From positions 2,465-66,464 of the forward strand of contig CALXBX010000009.1 in NCBI GenBank assembly GCA_944386655.1: DNA of 64,000 bases. Reading direction: 5' to 3'. The notes under the pieces are model-generated. The model ran no database searches. It was not told where the DNA came from and saw only the letters and a program-made list of their open reading frames with translations. Origin of the DNA: an uncultured Clostridia bacterium. GTDB taxonomy: Bacteria > Bacillota > Clostridia > TANB77 > CAG-508. The first letter of the stretch is position 1. Each line of letters opens with the position of its first letter. Both the position numbers and the translations under genes were made by a program. Below, piece by piece: positions 1-9,308 of the stretch.

Positions 1-8
1 GAATAAGA

Positions 9-43
9 AACCAGAATGTGAAAATAAGCATTCTGGTTTTTTC
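9..43 (+). terminator. Rho-independent terminator of an off-window upstream gene
   Basis: 10-bp stem aaccagaatg / cattctggtt followed by a T-run. Confidence 0.6.
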
Positions 44-98
44 TAGCCTTTACAGACAATACTAATTTATGATATAATGCAGGCGGAGAGGATAAAAC

Positions 99-1040
99 AT
101 GTGGATATTGTTTATCATAATACTCATTGTTAGCATTTTTATTTTGTTATTTTCTTATTGGGTAGGTAATTTTTTCTACAAATTAGCATTAAATGTGGAA
201 AAGTCAAAAGCATTTATAGCAAAACATCATACCAATACAGAAACACCGGAAGAAAAAAATCAAAAAGAACAAAATAAAAAGTGGCTTGCAGAGCAGGCTA
301 AAGAAATAGCGGTGATTTCAAAAGATGGCTTGCGATTGCAAGGTTATCAAATACAATGTAATTTAAACTCACACAATTGGGTAATTTTAATACATGGCTA
401 TACAGGAAACGCTAGGCAAATGGTATATGCAGCAAAAGAATTCTTAGCAGAAGGATTTCATGTTTTAGCGGTAGATTTACGTGGACATGGGAAAAGTGAA
501 GGAACACATATTGGGATGGGCTGGTTAGACCGATTAGATATTTTGCAATGGATACAAGAAATAATAAGACAAGATAACAAGGCCAATATTGTATTATATG
601 GTATCTCCATGGGAGCGGCTGCGGTAATGATGACCATTGGAGAACTTTTGCCAAGTAATGTAAAAGTAGCAATAGAAGATAGCGGTTACACTTCTATTTG
701 GGATGAATTTGCTTGGGAGCTGAAAACCATATTTCATCTTCCAACCACTTATGTATTACATTGTGCTAGATGGGTAGCCAAAAGAAAAGCAGGTTATGAT
801 ATTAAGCAAGGTTCTTGCATAAGGCAATTGCAAAAGACTAAGGTTCCTATTTTAATGATTCATGGAGCAGAAGATTCTTTCGTACCATTTTCTATGCAAG
901 AAGAATTGTATCAGGCTGTGCAAGGGAAAAAGCAAAAACTAGTAGTAGAAGGAGCAGCACATGTAGAATCTTACCAAAAACAACCAGAGTTATACTGGAA
1001 TACAATAAAAGAATTTATCAAAGAAAATATAGAATCATAA
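99..1040 (+). CDS. alpha/beta-fold serine hydrolase with N-terminal membrane anchor
   Basis: 313-aa ORF. Hydrophobic N-terminus, HGYTGN motif, GISMGA nucleophile elbow (G-x-S-x-G), late IHGAEDS and AAH motifs. GGAGAGG RBS and a TGaTATAAT extended -10 (71-78) lie upstream. Confidence 0.8.
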   Translation: MWILFIIILIVSIFILLFSYWVGNFFYKLALNVEKSKAFIAKHHTNTETPEEKNQKEQNKKWLAEQAKEIAVISKDGLRLQGYQIQCNLNSHNWVILIHGYTGNARQMVYAAKEFLAEGFHVLAVDLRGHGKSEGTHIGMGWLDRLDILQWIQEIIRQDNKANIVLYGISMGAAAVMMTIGELLPSNVKVAIEDSGYTSIWDEFAWELKTIFHLPTTYVLHCARWVAKRKAGYDIKQGSCIRQLQKTKVPILMIHGAEDSFVPFSMQEELYQAVQGKKQKLVVEGAAHVESYQKQPELYWNTIKEFIKENIES

Positions 1041-1059
1041 AAAATAGAAAGGAAGGAAA

Positions 1060-1780
1060 ATGTTAGAATTAAAAGATATATGTTTTACAAGAGACAATAA
1101 AAGAATATTAGACCATGTTAGCTTAACATTAGAAACAGACCAATTTATTGCTATTACTGGACCAAATGGCTCACGGAAAATCTACTTTAGCAAAAATCAT
1201 TATGGGAATAGAACAGCCAGATAAAGGAACTATTTTTTTAGATGGACAAGATATTACTCATAAAAAGATAGAAGAAAGAGCCAATCTAGGAATTGGGTTT
1301 GCTTTTCAGCAACCAGTTAAATTTAAAGGAATTACGGTGTACGATTTATTAAAATTGTCTGCACAAAAAGAAATTACGAGAAAAGAAGCGTGTGATATTT
1401 TATCAAAAGTAGGTTTATGTGCCAAAGAGTATGTAGATAGAGAAGTAAATGGTTCTTTGTCAGGTGGGGAATTAAAAAGAATTGAAATTGCAACAGTAGC
1501 AGTAAGAAATTCTAAACTTACCATTTTTGACGAACCAGAGGCAGGAATTGATTTATGGAGTTTCCAAAATTTAATTGCTATTTTTGAAGAAATTAGAAAA
1601 ATGGTAAAGGGAACAACCCTTATTATTACCCATCAAGAAAGAATTTTAAATATAGCAGATAAAATAGTGCTAATGTCAAATGGAAAAATAAAGAAAATAG
1701 GTGAGAAAGAAGAACTATTAGGAGAAGTTTTGAACAAAGCAGATTGTTGCAAATTAGCACATAAAAAATGCAAGAAATAA
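1060..1780 (+). CDS. sufC: SufC-like ABC ATPase; frame must shift +1 at in-frame CGG 1174-1176 inside the Walker A motif
   Basis: ATG 1060 with GGAAGG RBS reads MLELKDICF...ITGPNGS. The zero frame after CGG stops 16 codons later. The +1 frame reads G-KSTLAKIIMG..., restoring GPNGSGKST, followed by LSGGE signature and Walker B IFDEPEAGID. Confidence 0.75.
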
Positions 1781-1789
1781 GAGAGAGGA

Positions 1790-2722
1790 GTGATTAAGAA
1801 TTTGGATAAAATAGATAAAACATTATTAGAGCAGGTAACAGGGGTAGAAGGAGAGTTTGAAGGAGCTTATAATATTCGAAAAAATGGAAAAGGAATAGAA
1901 AGAAAAATAACACCAAACATTAATATTGTTACGAAAGAAGATGTTTCTGGAATAGATGTTTATGTAAAAGAAAATACAAAATTAGAATTTGTACATATCC
2001 CGGTTATTATTACAGAGAGTGGATTAACAGATGTGGTTTATAACGATTTTTATATAGGAAAAAATGCAAATGTTATTATCATAGCAGGTTGCGGCATTCA
2101 TAATGACCATTGTGACGATTCAAGGCATGATGGTATCCATCGTTTCTTTTTGGAAGAAGGAGCAAAAGTAAAATACTATGAAAAACACTATGGGGAAGGA
2201 GAAGGAACAGGAAAAAGAATATTAAATCCTATTACAGAGGTAACTCTAAAAGAAGGAAGTTCCTTAGAAATGGATAGCGTACAAATTAAAGGAGTAGACT
2301 CTACGATAAGAACAACAAAGGGGAACTTAATAGGAGATAATACCAATTTTGTCATTACAGAGAAGATTATGACACATGGAGAGCAAATGGCAAAAACTAT
2401 TTTTGAAGTAAATTTAAATGGACAAAATGCAAGTACACACGTTACTTCTAGGTCTGTAGCAACAGGAAATTCTAAGCAAATTTTTGATTCCAAAGTGTAT
2501 GGAAATTCAGCTTGCTTTGGACACGTAGAATGTGATGCCATTATTAAAGACCATGCAACAGTTACTTCTACACCAGAAATTACGGCAAATCATGTAGATG
2601 CTAATTTAATACATGAGGCAGCTATTGGAAAAATAGCAGGAGACCAGCTAATTAAATTAATGACATTAGGATTAACAGAAGAACAGGCAGAGCAAGAAAT
2701 TATTAAAGGTTTTTTAAAGTAA
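1790..2722 (+). CDS. SufB/SufD-family Fe-S cluster assembly protein (short form)
   Basis: 310-aa ORF directly downstream of the SufC-like ATPase. C-terminal EAAIGKI...LMTLGLTEEQAEQEIIKGFL resembles the SufBD C-terminus. Start codon is uncertain (GTG 1790 or TTG 1802). Confidence 0.65.
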   Translation: MIKNLDKIDKTLLEQVTGVEGEFEGAYNIRKNGKGIERKITPNINIVTKEDVSGIDVYVKENTKLEFVHIPVIITESGLTDVVYNDFYIGKNANVIIIAGCGIHNDHCDDSRHDGIHRFFLEEGAKVKYYEKHYGEGEGTGKRILNPITEVTLKEGSSLEMDSVQIKGVDSTIRTTKGNLIGDNTNFVITEKIMTHGEQMAKTIFEVNLNGQNASTHVTSRSVATGNSKQIFDSKVYGNSACFGHVECDAIIKDHATVTSTPEITANHVDANLIHEAAIGKIAGDQLIKLMTLGLTEEQAEQEIIKGFLK

Positions 2723-2736
2723 AATAAAACGTTTAT

Positions 2737-2777
2737 AGAGAAAAGCGATACGTTTATATTGCTTTTCTCTTTTTTTG
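2737..2777 (+). terminator. Rho-independent terminator after the suf pair
   Basis: Stem agagaaaagc / gcttttctct followed by T7. Confidence 0.7.
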
Positions 2778-2827
2778 TAGAAAAAAGAGAAAAAACAGTG
2801 TATGATAAAACCAGAAGGGGGATACCA

Positions 2828-3295
2828 ATGAAAATAAAAATTCATACCAGTTTGGTAGATAATATGCCAAAAGACGAAGTAGAAATTATGCTAAAGGCTT
2901 CAAAAGATTGCACAATGTTAAATAAAATAATAGAAAATATACAATGTATTTCTGAACAAATGGATACAATTATTGGAATGAAAAACAACAGTATTTCTAT
3001 TATTCCTGTACAGGATGTTATCTATTTTTTTAGTAAAGAACAACACAATTATTGTAAAACAGAAAAAGGAGAATTTAGGCTGAAGAAAAAGATGTACGAA
3101 TTAGAAGAAAATTTAGACAAAAAGCAGTTCATCCGTATTTCCAATTCTTGCATTGCAAATGTAAAATATATCAAAAATTTTGATTTAAGTAAAATTGGTA
3201 GCATTGTAGTCAGATTTATGGATGATACGACAAGCCTTGTATCCAAAAGAAGAATATCTTATGTAATGAAATTTTTAAAAGAGAGGGGGAATTAA
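2828..3295 (+). CDS. stand-alone LytTR-domain DNA-binding regulator (no receiver domain)
   Basis: ATG 2828 preceded by AGAAGGGGG. LytTR-like core IIPVQDVIYFFSKEQHNYCKTEKGEF...LEENLDKKQFIRISNSCIANVKYI. Confidence 0.75.
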   Translation: MKIKIHTSLVDNMPKDEVEIMLKASKDCTMLNKIIENIQCISEQMDTIIGMKNNSISIIPVQDVIYFFSKEQHNYCKTEKGEFRLKKKMYELEENLDKKQFIRISNSCIANVKYIKNFDLSKIGSIVVRFMDDTTSLVSKRRISYVMKFLKERGN

Positions 3296-3296
3296 C

Positions 3297-4544
3297 ATGA
3301 AGAAGGTGGCAAAAAATATTTTTTTAAGCGTAGCAAGTATATTTTTAGTATGTAGTATGGTGTTTACCTTGTTTCAAATGGGAATAACAAACGAAAATTT
3401 AGAATCGATAGAGCAGATAAAAACACAATCTATAACAACAACAACTACCATTCCGGATACACAAAGTATGCAAAACTATCATTATGGAGCAAGTTCTATT
3501 TTATCGGAGTACATTTTCTTATTTGTGATTTCACTTATTTTAGGAGGATTAATAGGTCTTATTTTATCTCTAAAAGAAAATTCAAAAGTGAAATATGTTC
3601 TATTTTTTATCATAGGGGACATGATATATACAGGAATATGGATGGGAATTCAACAAATAGCCTATAAGGCATATAATGTGAAAGAAATTTATACACTTAG
3701 TAGTTATGTAGAAGCATTTCAAAGATATTTTCTATCTTATGTATTCATTTTTGCAATCATAGTAGTAGCTGTTATTTTATATAACAAATATAAAGTAAAA
3801 CAATTAAATGAAACATTAATGCAAAATAGAGAGGTTAACTTAAAAGAGAAAAAGCCTATTTTTACGCCAAAAAGGAAAACAATCATGATTCGAACAGGAA
3901 TATTGATTTTACTAATTGCTATGATAATCGGTGTAAGTATTATAGGAAAAAGAGCTATTGTATTAATAGAATATGACAAAGTGGCAAGCAAGCAGTATGA
4001 TAATTATCATGTAATAGTAGATTTAAAATTTGAAAGTGAAAATGGAGAGATCCAAATAAACAGACAAGATATTTATTATAAAGATGGCATATTAAAACAA
4101 GTAGGAGACGATGGCAATATCTATTATGTGGACTTCGAGGCAAATAAGTATATCTATATACAAACAGGAACCAAAATGGCAAGTATACAAGAAATAGGAG
4201 ATTATTTTTCAAAACAAATGATAGATAACTTCTTCTATTCGACAAATGCAGAAAGAATATGGAGTAATATAGAGCTTGCTTTTCAAGTTAGTGTGTCTAC
4301 AGAAACGGTAAATGGAATAGAATGTGATGTGATTCAAAGAGATAATGTAAAAATCTATTTAGATAAAGAAAATCACATGCCAATTCAACGAGTAGCTCAT
4401 ACAAATTTCATAATAGATGGAGAAGAAAGAGTCAATATCTCAACAGATAGTTATCAGTACGAAATAGGAACAGTAACAGATGAAGAGGTAAAAGAAGTAG
4501 ATTTAACGGGATATAAGATTGAGGATAGAAGAATGGAAAATTAA
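3297..4544 (+). CDS. multi-pass membrane protein with C-terminal extracytoplasmic domain, probable partner of the LytTR regulator
   Basis: 415-aa ORF whose start lies 1 nt after the LytTR stop (translational coupling). Several hydrophobic segments, then a soluble C-terminal half. No family recognised. Confidence 0.6.
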   Translation: MKKVAKNIFLSVASIFLVCSMVFTLFQMGITNENLESIEQIKTQSITTTTTIPDTQSMQNYHYGASSILSEYIFLFVISLILGGLIGLILSLKENSKVKYVLFFIIGDMIYTGIWMGIQQIAYKAYNVKEIYTLSSYVEAFQRYFLSYVFIFAIIVVAVILYNKYKVKQLNETLMQNREVNLKEKKPIFTPKRKTIMIRTGILILLIAMIIGVSIIGKRAIVLIEYDKVASKQYDNYHVIVDLKFESENGEIQINRQDIYYKDGILKQVGDDGNIYYVDFEANKYIYIQTGTKMASIQEIGDYFSKQMIDNFFYSTNAERIWSNIELAFQVSVSTETVNGIECDVIQRDNVKIYLDKENHMPIQRVAHTNFIIDGEERVNISTDSYQYEIGTVTDEEVKEVDLTGYKIEDRRMEN

Positions 4545-4550
4545 CAAAAA

Positions 4551-4581
4551 ACTCGGAAATATAAAAAATTTCCGAGTTTTG
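4551..4581. terminator. bidirectional terminator between convergent genes
   Basis: Stem actcggaaat / atttccgagt flanked by an A-run and a T-run. Confidence 0.7.
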
Positions 4582-4585
4582 AATT

Positions 4586-4993
4586 TTATCTTTTTGAGAA
4601 TTGTGGTGCTTTACGAGCTTTTTTAAGACCATATTTCTTTCTTTCTTTCATACGAGGATCTCTTGTTAGATATCCATTAGATTTTAAAATTGGTCTATAT
4701 TCAGAATTTGCTTCATTTAATGCTCTTGCGATACCATGACGAATAGCACCTGCTTGACCAGTAAATCCACCACCTGTTACTGTACAAATAACATCATATT
4801 TTGTAAGTGTGTTAGTAGCAGTTAAAGGTTGTTTTACAATTACTTTTAATACTTCTGAACCAAAGTATTCATCAATATTTTTTCCGTTTACTGTGATAAC
4901 ACCAGAACCTTCTAAAAGTCTTACTCTAGCGATTGACTTTTTTCTTCTTCCTGTGCCATAGAATGTAATTTTTTCTGTTTTTGCTTTAGCCAT
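4586..4993 (-). CDS. rpsI: 30S ribosomal protein S9
   Basis: 135 aa; [12 protein letters not shown]..., C-terminal [12 protein letters not shown]. Confidence 0.95.
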   Translation of the reverse strand: MAKAKTEKITFYGTGRRKKSIARVRLLEGSGVITVNGKNIDEYFGSEVLKVIVKQPLTATNTLTKYDVICTVTGGGFTGQAGAIRHGIARALNEANSEYRPILKSNGYLTRDPRMKERKKYGLKKARKAPQFSKR

Positions 4994-4994
4994 A

Positions 4995-5432
4995 CTATTT
5001 TACCTCCCAAACTTCTGGTTTTTGAGCAATGTTTTCATGTTCACTACCAGCATATACTCTTAATTTTCTTACCATTTGTCTTCCAAGACTATTGTGTGGA
5101 AGCATACCCTTTACTGCAAGCATCATTGCTTTTTCTGGTTTATTTTCCATCATTACTCTTGCAGAAGTTTCTTTCATTCCACCAATATAACCAGAATGAT
5201 GTTTATAAACTTTTTGGTCTAATTTTCTGCCTGTTAAAACGGCATCTTTACAATTGATAATAATAACATGATCACCAACATCCATATGAGGAGTAAAAGT
5301 TGGTTTATGTTTTCCTCTTAATAATTTAGCAGCTTCTGATGCAACTCTACCTAAAGGTTTATTAGCAGCATCAATTACATACCATTTTCTTTGAATTTCA
5401 TTCTTTTTTACACTATGTGTTGTATTGTTCAT
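4995..5432 (-). CDS. rplM: 50S ribosomal protein L13
   Basis: 145 aa; [27 protein letters not shown] motif; immediately upstream of rpsI. Confidence 0.95.
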   Translation of the reverse strand: MNNTTHSVKKNEIQRKWYVIDAANKPLGRVASEAAKLLRGKHKPTFTPHMDVGDHVIIINCKDAVLTGRKLDQKVYKHHSGYIGGMKETSARVMMENKPEKAMMLAVKGMLPHNSLGRQMVRKLRVYAGSEHENIAQKPEVWEVK

Positions 5433-5632
5433 GGTAATAAATACCCTCCATTCATAAAATAATTATTTATATATATGAAATCTTGCTTAAAACCACCGGG
5501 GAGAAGCTTTAAACAAAACCATATGAACGTAAAAAGAAATTTAGAAAGATGTAAAATCTCCTAAATGCTTTATTATTCTAATACAAAACTAGGAAAAAGT
5601 CAAGAAAAATGCCATAAAAAGTTAAAAAAGTA

Positions 5633-5661
5633 TTGACAAATGCATAAAAATATATTATGAT
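5633..5661 (+). promoter_or_regulatory. sigma-A type promoter of the infC operon
   Basis: TTGACA (5633-5638), 17-bp spacer, TATGAT (5656-5661). Confidence 0.65.
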
Positions 5662-5793
5662 AAGTACATTCTAAGAAGAAGTTATCCACTTCTCACCTTA
5701 TCTTTGTGGAAAAAGGTTATCAAACTTAAGTACTTTTTGAAATTATTTAAGCAAGAATGAGAGTGGATTGACGTGTGTGTCAATCTTTTTTTT
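5662..5793 (+). promoter_or_regulatory. L20-type ribosomal-protein leader with terminator/attenuator hairpin
   Basis: About 160-nt leader before infC, ending in hairpin gattgac-gtgtgt-gtcaatc plus T8 (5766-5793). Position matches the Firmicute L20 leader. Confidence 0.55.
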
Positions 5794-5820
5794 AGGGAAA
5801 AAATATTGGAGGTGTTTTAT

Positions 5821-6336
5821 ATCAAACAAGATTTACCAATTAATGAGCAGATTAGAGCAAATAAAGTTCAAATTATTGACAACGAAGGTAACAAAATAGG
5901 ACCAATTTCTTTAAATGAAGCATTAGATATGGCTTATGAAAAAAAATTAGATTTAGTATTAGTAGCACCAAATGCAGAAGTGCCAGTTTGTAAGCTAATG
6001 AATTATGGAAAATATAAATTTGAACAAGCCAAAAGAGAAAAGGAAGCCAAGAAAAAACAAAAAACTTTTGAATTAAAAGAAATTAGAATTACTCCTAATA
6101 TAGAAGAGCATGATTTTGGCTTTAAAGTAAAAAATGCTAGAAAATTTATTGAAGATGGTAACAAAGTAAAAGTAACAGTTCGTTTTAGAGGAAGAGAATT
6201 AAATTACTTAAAATTAGGAGAGGAAGAGCTAAATCATTTTATAGAAGAATTATCAGATATTGCTGTTCCAGAGAAGAAACCTTTGTTAGAAGGTAAAAAT
6301 ATGTTTATTATACTAGCGAAAAAAACAGATAAATAA
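5821..6336 (+). CDS. infC: translation initiation factor IF-3, probable non-canonical ATC start
   Basis: Homology begins at (I)KQDLPINEQIRANKVQIID. GGAGG at 5808-5812 lies 8 nt before ATC 5821. No ATG is available in frame. Confidence 0.85.
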   Translation: MKQDLPINEQIRANKVQIIDNEGNKIGPISLNEALDMAYEKKLDLVLVAPNAEVPVCKLMNYGKYKFEQAKREKEAKKKQKTFELKEIRITPNIEEHDFGFKVKNARKFIEDGNKVKVTVRFRGRELNYLKLGEEELNHFIEELSDIAVPEKKPLLEGKNMFIILAKKTDK

Positions 6337-6386
6337 AGCTAGTAAAATATAAATTAATTAGCAAAAAGGAAAGAGGAGGAAAGATT

Positions 6387-6590
6387 ATGCCAAAGTTAAA
6401 AACAAATAAAGCTGCAAAAAAAAGATATTCTTATACAGCAAATAATAAGGTAAAAAGAACAAAGGCTAATAGAAGACATCTTTTAGCTAATAAAACATCA
6501 AGAGCGAAATCAAGAGGAAAAGTACAAGATGCTTATGCAGACAAAACATGTGAAGCAGGAAATAAAAAATTATTACCATATGGTAACTAA
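6387..6590 (+). CDS. rpmI: 50S ribosomal protein L35
   Basis: 67 aa; MPKLKTNKAAKKRY...; lies between infC and rplT. Confidence 0.9.
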   Translation: MPKLKTNKAAKKRYSYTANNKVKRTKANRRHLLANKTSRAKSRGKVQDAYADKTCEAGNKKLLPYGN

Positions 6591-6620
6591 ACAAACAGAG
6601 AATAAGGAAGGTGAATAAAA

Positions 6621-6971
6621 ATGGCAAGAGTAAAAACAGCAAGAATTACACGTAAAAAACATAAAAAAGTATTAAAAAGAGCAAAAGGTTACTATGGAGC
6701 AAAACATTATAGATTTAGAATGGCAAAACAAGCTGTTATGAAATCTGGAGCATATGCTTATGTAGGTAGAAAAGATAAGAAAAGTAATTTTAGAAAATTA
6801 TGGATTGCAAGAATTAATGCTGCTGCAAGAATGAACGGAACAACTTATAGTAAAATGATAGCAGGTCTTAAAAAAGCAAACGTAGTGATTAACAGAAAAA
6901 TGCTTGCAGAATTAGCTGTAAATGATGAAAAGGCATTTGCTAATTTAGCTGAAATTGCAAAAAAAGCATAA
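6621..6971 (+). CDS. rplT: 50S ribosomal protein L20
   Basis: 116 aa; [26 protein letters not shown]... Confidence 0.95.
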   Translation: MARVKTARITRKKHKKVLKRAKGYYGAKHYRFRMAKQAVMKSGAYAYVGRKDKKSNFRKLWIARINAAARMNGTTYSKMIAGLKKANVVINRKMLAELAVNDEKAFANLAEIAKKA

Positions 6972-6992
6972 AAAAGAATAGACAATAAAAAT

Positions 6993-7022
6993 CAATTGCG
7001 ATATAATGCAATTGGTTTTTTT
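6993..7022 (+). terminator. Rho-independent terminator of the infC-rpmI-rplT operon
   Basis: Stem caattgc / gcaattg followed by a T-run. Confidence 0.7.
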
Positions 7023-7108
7023 ATGCAAAAAAGAGTTTTTCGCTTTGAAATGAGATGCTAAGAAAACGAATGCTTAACAAGTAAGCCTTTGATAGGGAGG
7101 AAAAATTA

Positions 7109-7705
7109 ATGAGAATCGGGATTGATATTGACGGAGTATTAACAAATTTAGAACAATTTTTATGTGACTACGGAACAAAATTTAATGTAGAAAATGGCAT
7201 ACCAATGAAAATACAAACAGAGTATTATGATGAGAAGGAAGCTTTTTCTTGGACAGATGAGCAAACCTTATCCTTTTGGAATCAATATTTAGAAGATTAC
7301 GTAAGAAATTATCCAGTAAGAGAATTTGCAGCAGATGTGATACAACAATTAAAACAAGAAGGAAATGAAATTTATATTATAACAGCAAGAAATGAATATG
7401 GACTTCCTCAAGAAGAGAGTGGTAAAATGCCAGAATTTACAAAAGAATGGTTAGAAAAAAATCATATTATTTATGATAGACTTATTTTTACAGAAGGAAG
7501 CAAATTGAAATATTGTGTAGGAAATTACATAGATGTTATGATAGAAGATTGTGAAAAAGAGATAAGAGAAATAGAAGTCAAAATACCAGTATTATGCTTC
7601 TCAGCATGTTATAATATAAAGGCAGAAGGAAGAAATGTAACTAGAGTCTATAGTTGGTACGATATATTAGATAAAATACACCAGCTAACCTGTCGAAAAA
7701 GTTAG
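7109..7705 (+). CDS. HAD-superfamily 5'(3')-deoxyribonucleotidase-like phosphatase
   Basis: 198 aa; N-terminal IGIDIDGVLTN (DxDxV nucleophile motif); IITAR motif II. Confidence 0.6.
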   Translation: MRIGIDIDGVLTNLEQFLCDYGTKFNVENGIPMKIQTEYYDEKEAFSWTDEQTLSFWNQYLEDYVRNYPVREFAADVIQQLKQEGNEIYIITARNEYGLPQEESGKMPEFTKEWLEKNHIIYDRLIFTEGSKLKYCVGNYIDVMIEDCEKEIREIEVKIPVLCFSACYNIKAEGRNVTRVYSWYDILDKIHQLTCRKS

Positions 7706-7762
7706 AAATAAGTAGAAATTTGAAGTACGAAAATACTTGCAATATGGGCAAATATATGATTT

Positions 7763-7809
7763 AATAAATGCAGTTTGATTATGTAAAATTAGATTGCATT
7801 TATTTTTTT
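7763..7809 (+). terminator. Rho-independent terminator
   Basis: Stem aataaatgca / tgcatttatt followed by a T-run. Confidence 0.55.
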
Positions 7810-8070
7810 ATTAATATTTTATATATAAAACTCTAAGAAGTTTATTCATAAATAACACAAGCTAAAATATATTTTGGTGTTCTATAAAATATCTTTTATT
7901 CTCAAAAGGATACCCCCAAAAAGTTCACAAATAAACATAGAAAAGCTTTAGTAAATGAATTTTATATAGAAAGATTTATAAAAAATATACTTTCTTGTAA
8001 AATAAAAAGAAAAATAAAGAAAAAGAGAGGAGGAATTAGTAAACGAAAGAAAAAAGAAAGAAAACAAACT

Positions 8071-8099
8071 TTGACAGAGAAAATCTGATTTTATATAAT
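8071..8099 (+). promoter_or_regulatory. consensus sigma-A promoter of the coiled-coil repeat gene
   Basis: TTGACA (8071-8076), 17-bp spacer, TATAAT (8094-8099). Confidence 0.7.
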
Positions 8100-8133
8100 A
8101 AACGAAAATTAACTGACAAGTAAAGAAAGGAGA

Positions 8134-8712
8134 ATGCTTATGAATGATGAAAAACAATGGCAAATGCTAGAAAAAGTGTTAGATAAGTTTAGCGAAAAAT
8201 TAACAGGAGAAATAACAGAACAGGTAGCAGGAAAGGTAACAGAGAAAGTAACAGGAGAAATAACAGAACAGGTAGCAGAAAAAGTAACAGAGAAAGTAAT
8301 AGATAAGGTCATAGAAAGAGTAACAGAACAAGTAGCAGAAAAAGTAATAACATTATTAGAACCAAGATTTGCGGAATTAGACAAAAGATTTGAAGAAATA
8401 GAGAAGAGATTTAAGGCAATAGACAAAAGATTTGAGAAAATAGAGAAAAGACTTGAAACAATTGAAAAAAGACTGGATGAAATGGACAAGAAATTTGTAA
8501 CAATAGAGAAGAGAATAGATGAACTAGATAAAAGATTAACAAAAGAATTGAGAACATTAAGTCAGAGAATTGCAGTTTTAGAAGAAGAGTACGGAAGAAA
8601 ACTGGATATATTATATGAAACTAGAGTGGAACAAATGGAAAAACAAGATTTACAGCAAAATGATATAAAAAAATTGGAACATAGAATTAGCATATTAGAA
8701 TATAAACAATAA
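8134..8712 (+). CDS. repeat-rich coiled-coil protein of unknown function
   Basis: 192 aa. Two blocks of internal repeats: (E/G)KVTEKVTGEITEQVA units, then seven-residue xKRFExIE units (DKRFEEIEKRFKAIDKRFEKIEKRLETIEKRLDEMDKKF...). Confidence 0.75.
   Translation: MLMNDEKQWQMLEKVLDKFSEKLTGEITEQVAGKVTEKVTGEITEQVAEKVTEKVIDKVIERVTEQVAEKVITLLEPRFAELDKRFEEIEKRFKAIDKRFEKIEKRLETIEKRLDEMDKKFVTIEKRIDELDKRLTKELRTLSQRIAVLEEEYGRKLDILYETRVEQMEKQDLQQNDIKKLEHRISILEYKQ
8203..8298 (+). repeat. 2 x 48-nt near-identical tandem repeat inside the coiled-coil gene
   Basis: acaggagaaataacagaacaggtagcag(g/a)aa(g/a)gtaacagagaaagta occurs twice back to back. 21-nt periodic repeats follow to about 8545. Confidence 0.85.
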
Positions 8713-8730
8713 AAATTAAAAAACGAACAA

Positions 8731-8760
8731 GTGAGGTAGATTACTTATTTACCTCACTTT
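8731..8760. terminator. terminator hairpin between convergent genes
   Basis: Stem gtgaggta / tacctcac followed by ttta. Confidence 0.55.
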
Positions 8761-8833
8761 ATTGGTAGACAACATAATTTTTTGGGAGAGATGTAAGCTG
8801 TTATCTTTGCTTATTAGTTGGATTAGGTTTTCA

Positions 8834-9232
8834 CTATTGTTTTTTCATTTTAGGCTTACTAATAAGAGAAGCTAAGTAACCAAAGAATACAGCTGCAGCT
8901 ATTCCGCCAGCAGAAGCTTTAACTCCGCCAATAAATGCACCAAGAAGTCCTGCGTTTTGTACTTCTTCTATGGCTCCTTTAGCCAGATTTGCACCAAAGC
9001 CAGTTAAAGGGACAGTAGCACCGCATCCTGCAAAATCAATAATATATTTATAAATACCAAGCCCACCTAATACAACACCAAGAGTAACAAATACTACTAA
9101 AATTCTAGCTGGTGTTAATTTCGTTTTATCAATTAAAATTTGACCTACAATACAGATAAGGCCACCTACAACAAAACAGCGAAGTAATTGCATCCAGTCA
9201 ATACTTTGTAAAAATTCCATATCAAATTTCAT
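8834..9232 (-). CDS. spoVAEB: stage V sporulation protein AE (SpoVAEB type)
   Basis: Membrane protein with VVGGLICIVGQ and CGATVPLTGFGANLAKG motifs; last gene of the spoVA cluster. Confidence 0.8.
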   Translation of the reverse strand: MKFDMEFLQSIDWMQLLRCFVVGGLICIVGQILIDKTKLTPARILVVFVTLGVVLGGLGIYKYIIDFAGCGATVPLTGFGANLAKGAIEEVQNAGLLGAFIGGVKASAGGIAAAVFFGYLASLISKPKMKKQ

Positions 9233-9308
9233 CCTTTCTTTCTTGTCTTATTTAAGGGACACATAGTTATGAAAATGCATTCTTTTCAATGAGAAAATCT
9301 CCTTGTTC

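Noticed and set aside
1148-1780. ORF-track pieces 1148-1780, 10335-10538, 16177-16527, 18036-18290 and 39139-39819 as independent genes
   Set aside because: Each lacks its own RBS and a sensible N-terminus, and each continues a conserved protein begun in the adjacent frame. They are reported as single genes with a +1 junction.
8109-8489. 126-aa Ser/Leu/Phe-rich ORF on the minus strand
   Set aside because: It is the antisense shadow of the purine-rich repeat gene 8134-8712, with no RBS and low-complexity composition.
8203-8545. Periodic repeats that might suggest a CRISPR array
   Set aside because: The repeats are contiguous (48-nt and 21-nt periods), have no unique spacers, are in frame and encode coiled-coil heptads.
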